64,000 bases of DNA, taken from contig JBHGNT010000018.1 of NCBI GenBank assembly GCA_043228905.1, positions 17,484,001 to 17,548,000 of the forward strand. Reading direction: 5' to 3'. The notes under the pieces were generated by a model that was not told the origin of the DNA, ran no database searches, and saw nothing but the letters and a program-made list of their open reading frames with translations. Each line of letters starts with the position of its first letter. Within the stretch, counting starts at the first letter, position 1. The position numbers were made by a program, and so were the translations under genes. This DNA is from Azolla caroliniana (lineage: Eukaryota > Plantae > Polypodiophyta). This document shows, in pieces, positions 1-10,039 of the stretch.

Positions 1-899
1 TGTGGCCTTCTAGGTAAAAGGAAAATCAACACATGTGGTGGCTGTAGAAGTTGTCGGGGTGGAGTAAACGAGACCCCTTCCATTGTTGATCTTTTGTCTT
101 GCTTAGTGTCTACTTATACAAGCCAAGGGCTCTTTCACTATGTCACCTATGGTGGGTTTTTATTCAATCTCCATCCCAAGTTTCTACGAGGAAATGGACA
201 AGAGGAGGTAAGAATACACACATCTTTATCATTCCTTTTGCCTTGTGGTGGGTGGTCGGTCCATCAAGTTTGTCAAGGATTCGTTACGAATGGCAATCTT
301 TGAAGAATGATGCATTTCATACTAACGATTTCCCAATAGACTTTGTCATATTTCGCTACCGTGCATACATTAAGAGTGTTCCATAATATTTAGCTCCCGA
401 GAAGGGTTCTATACTTTGTAGGTAGTAGTGGTGGTGTTTTTTTTCTTTCATAATAGAAGCCAAATCTATACTTTAGAGTAAGTTAGTTACGGAAAGGGGG
501 AGAGAGAAATGGAGGGGTTTTTTCTTTCATTAATACTTTAGGTTCATGCTTCTAAGTTCTTCTCCAGCTGCTTATTCTTCTTCTTCTTCTTCTTCTTCAC
601 CTCTCTCTGACGAAACCCTACAGAAACCCTACAAGGCTACCTGTAATTTGTCGAAACTGCCTCCTCTAAACCTAATCCTAAACTTAGAAAGCAGAATTCG
701 ACGCATCACAGCAAACACTCACTCATGCTACCGTTGCAGCAGATGAAACGACTTGCTACATGCAGCACAAGATGTTTCTGCTTTCGTAGGGTACATGTCC
801 GAAATGATGGGAGTCCAGCTAGAATCGATGGCGACACTGTTCAGGAAGATGGTAACGAAGCAGACGCCGTAAGGAAAGATTCATCAGGAGAAGCCTTTC

Positions 900-2100
900 T
901 CATTGAACCTTCGATGTCTTTTGTTTCTCCCTTCTTTTCAGGTCCCTGTGAATCACTCATCTTCCTATAACTTGGCATTTTTTCGATTGGATCAGAAACT
1001 ATGAGTTACACAAATTCTCCTTTTCCCTCCCTTCGTTATCTGTACAGATAGAAAGAGAACGAGAGGGGAATATCCGTTTGTGTTTTGCCACAAGTTGAAA
1101 AATTGAGTTTGGGAAATATCTTCATATTCAGGTGATATTTTTTTTTGGATTTTTGGACAAAAGGTCATTCCGATTTATCCATTCAGAGACATTTTAGGGA
1201 TTTCCATTTTGCTTTCATTGATTTTCGGATGAAATTTCTTTGGAAAAATCTATTTGATTCTTTCCTCATCCTTTTTTGTGGAGTTTTGGATGACGCATAA
1301 AAGGTAGGTTTTGTTTTTCATTGACGATTGAGGAAACTTGTTGGAGATAATTAATTATTATTTTTCTTTGGTTAATGTTCATGCCATGCTCTCAATCAAC
1401 ATTTGGACCAGCCATCCCTTTGAATTGTATTGTGGAACTCCATTTTTCTTTCATATGAAAAACTAGAGAAATTCCTGTGGGAAAAATCTCTTTTGACTTG
1501 TTTTTGAGTGTTCATGCATGCCATTATGTTTATGGAAGTTCATCCTTTCGAGACATCCAAATGGAAAGGATTCTCGTTTTACTATTCATTGTAAATTGGG
1601 ATATTAGTGTGGGTCTTCCTTTTCTGAATAATACATGGATTTTTGAAGTAGTATTGAATGCCAAGAATAGTATGTGTTATGCCTTGTGTTTTTCGTGGTT
1701 TGTATAGACCAAGAAGTTTGATATCCAAAAGGCAACAAGAAAACATTTTCTTTTTGTCTAGCATTTCTGGAGTTGAGGTAGCTTTTGTTGCTACTCCAGA
1801 AGTTTTCAGATTATTTCACCATATCGTTTATGCGTCCAATCTGTTGAACATGGAAAACCACAAGCTGCTGCTTTTGTGCTCAAAGGATTGCAAGTTCCTG
1901 GCCTGAGAGAGAGAGCGAAGGAGTCAATTGCATGTCTATATTTTATTAATGGGTTAAAGGTAGGTTATTGACCACGTTTTTGGACTTTGCTAATTTCATC
2001 TAAATGTAATTTGCAGATAAAGTGTGCTCCCGTGAATGGTTGTCATATTTGTGGTAATATGTTCCTATATGAGTGTTGCCAAATACAAAGACATATGAGT
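900..2100 (+). other. Conserved non-coding scaffold, copy 1 (putative lncRNA/long leader) leading into the Dof-derived hairpin
   Basis: Colinear homology with 10600-11040 plus 12470-12750 and with the reverse complement of 58860-60330, including a short exon-like block after tttcag (~941-1001) and the block (GA)n...catgtctatattt...aggttattgacca. No conserved ORF. Confidence 0.6.
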
Positions 2101-2689
2101 GTTGCTGGTTCCGCTCTTTCAGCGGAGAATTGAGTGGCATAAAGCACACTTTACAACCGAAGCAAGGCTGAACCACAACTGAGTCTTTGTTTTGTCGTTA
2201 AAATACAGGAACTCTACATTGACATTAGAAGCGCAGAGAGGGCATGGTGGAAATGTCCAAAGGCCTATCTTGAAGGTATCCAGAACCTTGAATTGGGTAC
2301 TGGTCATTGGTGTGGTCAGCCTCTTTTTTAACCCGCCTTCAGCATTTAGGAGGATCGCATCCAACTTTGCCTTTATCACCTCAATGATCGTCGTGCCATT
2401 TGTCTGCTGTTGCAGCTCTTGTAGAACCTTGAAGGCAGCGTTGGATGCGATCCTCTTAAATGCTGAAGGCGGGTTAAAAAAGAGGCAGAGCACAGCAATG
2501 ACGACTATCCAATTCAAGGCTCTAGACACCTTCTTCAAGATGGGCCTTCCGACATCACTACCATGCCCTCTCTACGCATCTAATGTCAATGTAGAATTCC
2601 AATAAGTGTCAGTTGGTTCAGCCCCACTTTGGGTTGCACAGTGTGTTTATGCCACTCCATTATCTGCAGAAAGAGTGGAATTAGCAACA
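2101..2689. ncRNA. Candidate long hairpin RNA locus: head-to-head inverted fragments of a Dof-like gene
   Basis: Arms ~2101-2376 and ~2431-2689 are reverse complements, with a ~54-nt loop. Both strands translate to LDAILLNAEGGLKKR...QFK.LDTF...PCPL.ASNVNVEF, homologous to the last exon at 14808-15659. Transcription is not shown. Confidence 0.7.
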
Positions 2690-2870
2690 GCAGGAGGAGC
2701 ATGTGAATAAGATGAAGAAGCTGGAGTTTACACTTCATGGAAAGGGATTGGAAGTGCTGGCTGGTGCCTATAGGAGCCTCAGTGTGGCTGCAACGTTTCT
2801 GGTCAATGCCACGAGTCATTGAAGTTCTGGAGGCGAACAGATTTATTCTGTGCAGCAGCTGTTGCATGTC
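2431..2870 (+). pseudogene. Dof-like gene fragment (right hairpin arm and its extension)
   Basis: Aligns to ~14880-15335 with a stop at 2603-2605 and a deletion inside the zinc finger. Confidence 0.85.
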
Positions 2871-4427
2871 AGCAAGAAGAAGACCACATTGCTCTAATTA
2901 AAATTACAGTGATTAGGGTTATCAGTACTCTTCAAAGAAAAAATCTTGTAACTCAGATTGCCAGTTATGGAGTTATTATTATTATTATCATTATAGGTTT
3001 CTTGGATCACACACAGTGGTGACGTGACCATTGTGAGTCCTCTCAGATATGATAGAGCTCTCCTCGGATCAAGAAAGATGGATTGTAGAACCAAATGAAG
3101 ATGGGCAACAACTCATTCATGGATACGTAATGGTGGACATGGAAGTGAAATGTCACTGTAAACCAATATATCCATAATCCAAGCATTCATGGTTAGTTCC
3201 ACAAATGGCATATGTAACAAGTGCGGTTGGAATCATTCACTATTTTAAAGACTAGATGTTAGATTTTCCTTCAGCCTTTCAATTATAAGTCACAATATCA
3301 TATTTTTGTGACAGCTTCAAAACTAGGTACTAGGTTTTAGTAGTAGAGCATATGTTATTGTTTAAACCCCTCTCAAGGGGTGGTAGAAATAAAGGACCTT
3401 TGACCTCTCCCACATGAACTTGAATCCATAATAGCATTGCACACAATTTGTGCAAGTTTGGGTTCCCAAAAATTGTTAGTTCCCTATTGGGTAACGAGGT
3501 AAATGATGGATGGCATAATAGTACCTCAAAGCACATCCCCTCCATAGAGTGTGGTCAACACCAGCCATATCAAGGAAAACATAGTTTTGTTCGTAGGACA
3601 TCAAACGAAGGATATAGGCATGTTGTCCCTAGTTCTGAAGCATATGAATGAATGTTGTGGAGGTGAATACTTTGTTGTTGGTTGACAAGTAGAAGAGAAG
3701 CAATAATCGGTTGGCCTCTCTTTGGGCATGACACAACATTTGAAGCTTTGCACTAGGGATGAAAGCACAACGCCGAACCTATAGGTGCATGGTCCTAAGC
3801 ATAGGTTTGAGATAGTACTAATCTTCGCCTCGCACTTTGTGAACTTTTTCTCTTGTTTACTTCGCTTCCTCCTAAAACTTGCCCATGAGCTAAAGTGGGA
3901 AGGATAAATTTACGTTTTCGGCAATAGCTCCCTCCCACTCACCAACATACTTAACTTATCCTTTTGGAAAAGAACATCAAGTTAGGGTCTCATGAGTTGA
4001 AGTGGTGCATAATATTTGGTTGGACATGGTCCATACTCTATTGGTTTATTACTCAATGTGTCCACTTTTTGACTTTCTTGGAAAATACTCTACTTTTGTC
4101 TTGAAAAGCTGGTCTCCCTTTTTCACATTTTTAGTTGCCAAGATGGTTGTACGCTTCGTGATAACCCATATGCATACGTCCACATCCACATCCATATCCA
4201 CACACACACACACACATCCACATACTAATACTCATGCACATACACATACGTCTATACACACATACACACACATATAACATAGAAATACACAATTAATTAT
4301 ACATGCTCATTCACAAGTATACATGAGGGTAGACATACTTCTATATAAATGTATCCACACATACTCCCTAACACACTAAAAAATACAATTACACTAATAG
4401 ACACATTTTTATGCAAACATATATATT

Positions 4428-4510
4428 GTGGTGTACGTTTTGAGCAAGCGCATGCCGTCATGTTGTGGTGTACGTTTTGAGCAAGCGCATGCCGTCATGT
4501 TGTGGTGTAC
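4428..4510. repeat. ~38-bp tandem duplication
   Basis: tgtggtgtacgttttgagcaagcgcatgccgtcatgt occurs twice; the mirror arm (~42260-42305) has a single copy. Confidence 0.85.
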
Positions 4511-5236
4511 CTTTGTTCCTTTGTGCCACCCGTTTAGCATGCATGTATCCAAACCAACCCAAATGGGTATCAACTTATCAACTATAAATTGAGTAAGAAG
4601 TAAGAAGCAAGGCAAGCTTGTTTGGATTCTCTCTATGTGCTTTTCACAATATGCACTTGTATGTGTAAATACAAAATTTATTCATTACATGCACATATTC
4701 ACTACATAGCATTGAAACCTAGTTAGTACACCATACAAGCTCACATGGCTCACATATAATCTAATGCACATATATTATCGATCTGAACCGCATTATTGGT
4801 GAAGGCACAAGCTACAAATGAATCTCTCAAACACGATGAAAGCACCTAGACATGCATCACATCACTTAAAAAAGGAGAGAGGTCATCAAATAAACCAACA
4901 AGTCTGGACATGTGGGCACGTTGGATTGCATTAGGTTGCATATTCCACGACATAGAATAGTTTTATCAACAATAACATTTGATCAATCAAAGTGTAGACT
5001 ACACAATAATAGTGCAAGTCCATGAGTTTGTATATTTGGCTACCGGATAATAGGATTGACAATGAAGATAGGATAGAAGGACCATATAATTGTTGCATAA
5101 ACCAACTTCCATCACTTCATGGATATTGATAGGCCCAAGAAACCCATCCCACTCCATGGTCACGATGAATAAATGCATAGTGTAAGTGACATATTGTATC
5201 TAGGATGAAGATTTTAAAGGAAGATTGGATCAATGT

Positions 5237-8200
5237 TGTTATAGACTAGACTGATAAAAGACTATTAAGCAAGATCAAAGAGCGATTAGATGTTAATCCA
5301 GATCCCTAATCGCATATCAATATAATCTCAAGATAGAGCTCATTGGCTATGATGAATGCCTAGTGCAGATGCACTTAATAGGTTATCTTCTATATTGTCA
5401 GACAATAAGCCCTCAAGATGCCAAAATGATTAAGATACATGAATTTATGACCCAAAAGATGATGGGATACATGCTTACTATTTACATCATTACATGCATG
5501 AGATAGGTATAACATGACTCATTACATGCATGAGTTCATAATACTCCCCCTCATCTCATCATCATTGTTTTAGCTCATCGGCTCTGATAATCTTTTGAGT
5601 CCAAGAGAAGGAATGTTCAGCCATTGTTTTGATGCAGGTAAGCTTTTGGTAAAAATATCCGCGAAGTTCTTGCTTGATGTAATAGGTTGAATGTTGATAT
5701 AATTATCATTGAGCTCACGAGTAAAGAAAAACTTGAGAGAAATATGTTTGATTCAATCACCTTTAATGAAGCCCTTCTTGAATTGATTAATGCAAGCATA
5801 ACTATCTTCATAGATAATTGTTGGTAATGGGGGCCGATAAACCGCAAGAACTTCCATTATGTCTGATTAAGCATTGTAACAATAGGCATTCTCAACTTGC
5901 TTCATGTAATGCCAATATCTCAACATGATTTGAAGGTGTTGCAGCGAATGTTTGCTTTGTTGATCTCCAAGAGATCGTTGTACCACCAACAAGGAGAACA
6001 TAACCTATTTGTGATTTGCCAACATGAGAGTCAGATAAGTACCCATTGTTAGAATAACCGGTCAATTGACTGTGCATAGAACCATTGGTAAAGAAAAGAC
6101 CCATATCTTCAGTGCCTTGTAAATATTAGAAAATCAGCTTAATTCCAGTCTAGTGTCACTTGGTAGGATCGTGACTATACTGAGCCAGCAAATTGACAAC
6201 GAATGAAATGTCCGGACGCGTACAATTAGCCAAGTACATAAGTGCGCCAACAACAACCATTTAAGGGTACTGTGGTCCAAATGCTGACTCGTCAAAAGAT
6301 CTTGGCTAAAATGGGTTACGAGAAGGGTCCAAAGAGCAAACTACCATAGGAGTTCTAGTAGAATGAGCTTGATCAATAGAAAACCGTTTTAATATTTTAT
6401 GGATATAAGAGATCTTATAAGCAAAATGTGGTTAAACCGAGGTCTTTCATTTCAAATTGTTGTACTTCATCCAAATGTTGTACTTCTGGCTTCGGGGTAT
6501 AGGCTTCAGTGGTCAACTTTGACAGTGTAGGAAGCGTCAAAGCCTTGTGTATCGAATTCCCGTTGAAAACACAAGGTTTTCTACTAAACAAACGAACATG
6601 GATATCGATAAAAAAAAGCTAATAAATTGCACCTATGTGGGCAATTTTAGGGTTTATCAACCTAATTATTGCCTATAGTTAAATAATTGGTTTCTTTATC
6701 ATGCTACTACTAAAATATTTATTCTATTTTAGTGAACCTCGCCAAAAAGTCCCCGCCTTCAATCTTAAGATCATGTCTCCTGCGAAAAGGGGTTATGATG
6801 GCTATCAACAAAGCAAATCCCATAGGCTATTTTTCGAGTTTGGTTTACGTCGAGGAAGATGGAGTATTATTCCTAATATTTGCAAAGTCCGAAGGAAAGG
6901 GAAAAATGGATTTAGTCAAGAGCTTCACATACGGTAGACTTCGGAATGTTGAGTACGAAGATAATGACTCACCTAATCTCGTCCTTGATGTAGAAAGCTT
7001 GAATGGGACTAGACGGGTACTCATTGATGAAGGCAACCTGGTGGCTGAGTGTCAAAAACCAAAAAGACTAATCAACCACCTAATTGAGTTGTTTTCAAAC
7101 CCAAATGATTGGGTTTTAGATTTGTTTTCCGGCACAGGTATATAATATAAAACTTGTCGCATCAATTTAGATTAATGTATAGTCTATTCTTTAGTTTGAT
7201 GTTACATGTGCAATTTCATTCTACTGTCAGGTACTACTACAACATGCACCTTAAAGATGTTCAAGAACTCTGTTGCATTGGAGAAGGACCCTTGATAATG
7301 TTAATTTCATCAAAATGAGGATCCAAGGTATCCTAGGACTGTCCAGATCAAGACCAAGATGTTGGGGCAAAGAATATCAATGAAACTAAGATGTTCCAGA
7401 TGACTTCTAGAGAACCTATGGAACCTGTAGTTGAAGAAGCAGGGGACCTTGTTGAATTAGAAGACGTGTTAGAGTTTGAACACACTAATGATTCTATTGA
7501 GCGTACCGACGAAGCCAATGAGGACAATCTTGATGAAGGAGCTAATGCGGAAGAGCCGGCTTTACCAAACCTATTATTGGATTGAATGCATATGGCTTAT
7601 TGTAAAATTTGAACAATATGAATTGTTAAATTTTGATGTAATATATAAGTTGAGCTTATTTATAATTTTCGTGTAACATGCATTGAACTTAGAGATTAAG
7701 TATAATTTGTATGTGTACTTGTTGTTTGAAGTCTCCTTTATTATTTGGGGTTTATATGAGATAAAATTATACTCTATCATTTGCTCGTATGATTGGAATA
7801 CTATTGTAGACTGGTTTATTTCTACATTGACGGTGTCATGTATCACGTGTCAAGGGAATTTTTCTCTCAACATAGTAGTATCTCTTAATTGTCATGTTCA
7901 CAATTTGCTTTTTAAGAAATATTTTATATAAATATACACACATAATTAAAAGAAGTCACTTATTCAGTGGGGTATGCTTTTTAGAATATGCACAATGACA
8001 TGTGTTACTATTATACTTGCGTTGACATCTATACCTTATCTAAGTTTTGGACAAAAACATGGTAGATAGAATATACGTCAGATGATTTTGTTGTCGTGAT
8101 ATTAGTTAGTTCTATTTTTCGCTATGTTTTCATAAACCACATACGCATGCATCGTGCCTTTTTGAAATTCTGCTTAAATAGGGCATTTTTTAACATCTCA

Positions 8201-9451
8201 CTAAGATATGAAAAAGAGAATGTGACATATTACCTATTTCAAATGACCCGGTGTTTACCATATTAGCCTTCGATTTCCTATCTTGACCTTGCTTGCCATA
8301 CTTCTGATAAAGATCAACATGAAACTTAGAAGTTTGGCAAGTATTTGCCTAATACCCTCGTAGACCACATCAAAGACATGAATTGGATGAAGCATTATCT
8401 TGACTTGACTTTGATTGATGGTACATTAGCTTGACTTGATTACTTTTGGGATATTGATTCCTATTGTTCGTCTTCCTCGAATTTGTGCATATGGGTGTTG
8501 ATGACGATGTTGTCGTCTAGAATAATTAATCTCGACATGCGTCAAATCCTTAAATTGTAGAGGAGCCACAAGTTGGCTAATTGGATGAAGTTTATTATTC
8601 TTGAGGAACACTTGGTGGTGTTTCTTAGCGACAAGAAGTTCAGATAAAAGTTCAACATAGGTTTTAAAACCACGATTACGATATTGTTCGGAAAGATTAA
8701 AATTTGAGGGATGAAAACTAGTTAACGTTTTGTTGATTAGATTTGCCTCTTGAACAAGGTTGTCATGACCACAAAATTTAAGTTTAGAAACGATACCAAA
8801 TAGTGAGGAATTATATTCAACAACTGACTTGAAATCTTGAAAATGAAGTTGATTCCATTCATGTAAAGTGTTGGGGCGGAGAACAGTTCATTGATGATCA
8901 AAGCGGTCAAGTTTGATTTGCTTTCGGAGAGTTGATGGATTCTTGATGGAGAAGTATTGATTCTGAAGGCTTAGATCAAGGTGATGAAGGATCAAGATGA
9001 ATGCTTCCGCTCCCTTCTTCCTAGCATTTTAGTTCTCAACATCATTAAAATTATCACTTACGTTATGAAGGAGATCTTTCGTCGTGAGATGGCCTTCAAC
9101 ATGAACCATCCAAGTCATATAATTGGACCCATCGAACGCAAATGGCGAGAATAAGCATTTCTCTATTTGAAGAGCTTGAGAAGCTATACTAATGGTAACA
9201 ATAAGGTAGATTTGTCTAAGAGAATAATTAATTGCAATGGTAGACGTTGATCGTGCTAATAACGTGTTATAGAATAGACTGATTATAGACTATTACGCAA
9301 GATCAAAGAGCGATTAGATATTAATCCAGATCACTAATCGCATATCAATATAATTTCAAGATATAAGCTCATAGGCTGCATACTATTGACATCACGACTA
9401 AGATAGGTATAAGTTTATAACATAAATCATTACATGCATGAGTTCATAACA
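5237..9451 (-). mobile_element. Degenerate Ty1/copia LTR retrotransposon (Bianca-like) with internal foreign insert
   Basis: LTRs 5237-5543 and 9265-9451; PPT (ctccccctc on +) at 5544; PBS-like cgttattagcacga next to the 5' LTR; TSD aatgt/aatgc. Gag remnant FDGSNYMTW; RT FEMKDLG near 6430-6460; RNaseH SQIGYV...ISWRSTKQT...SNHVEILALHEAS. Confidence 0.92.
6733..7585 (+). pseudogene. Prokaryote-type amino (N4-C/N6-A) DNA methyltransferase, C-terminal half, decayed; intron 7138-7230
   Basis: Spliced translation ...ECQKPKRLINHLIELFSNPNDWVLDLFSGT/GTTTTCTLKMFKNSVALEKDP** matches the beta-class N6_N4_Mtase signature (QKP..L...LI...S..GD.VLD.F.G.GTT...E.D). GT-AG phase-1 intron; stops after EKDP; acidic tail to 7585. 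No DPPY/SPPY motif seen. Confidence 0.82.
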
Positions 9452-9569
9452 AATGCAATAAATCAATATGCTAACATGATTCCACTCCTCCTCATTGATA
9501 GCCCGATGTGATCTAACCATCTCTCAAAACAAACTTGGAGAATGACACAATGTGTGAATTTACTAGTAT

Positions 9570-9800
9570 GTTAGGCCATGGCCATATTCCCATCCATGGA
9601 CATTCCTTTATGTCCGTGAATGAAACTCGCGGCATGTGGGCATCAACCCATGCATGACCATCGTGTTTATGCTAGCTAATGCATGGCCATGATATCTCAT
9701 GCATGGCATGGAATCCCATCAACCCACGCATGACCATCATGTTCCATGCATGCGTGACCATGATATCTCATGCATGCCATGTAATCCCATCATCTCATCT
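9570..9800 (+). promoter_or_regulatory. RY-motif (CATGCA/CATGCATG)-rich cluster upstream of scaffold copy 2
   Basis: Many CATGCA(TG) words in short degenerate repeats. Paralogous clusters at 22630-22760, 23940-24075, 24645-24730, 36920-37130, 61410-61500, 61750-61900 and 62150-62270. Confidence 0.45.
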
Positions 9801-10039
9801 CTAGTTAATATGTAATTACACAAACAAAACACAATTCATAATTTGATTCCACTTCATTTATTTATTCATTTAATGACTTGAACGTACGAAAAGCCTGCGC
9901 AAGAAGAAGAAGAAGAAGCTCATCATCTTCTTTCTGCTTCTCCCATTTAGAAACAGCTTTTCTCCATCTCCATCTCCATCTCTGGCTGGTTTCACATACA
10001 TATATTATCACAGTCATCTTGTCATGAATATCTTTTCAG

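Noticed and set aside
2119-2605. Overlapping 139-aa and 137-aa ORFs as real proteins
   Set aside because: Each is half antisense and half truncated Dof-like sequence, a by-product of the inverted repeat.
3300-4170. Possible retrotransposon gag remnant on the minus strand
   Set aside because: Coding-like texture but no diagnostic motif I could identify; too decayed to call.
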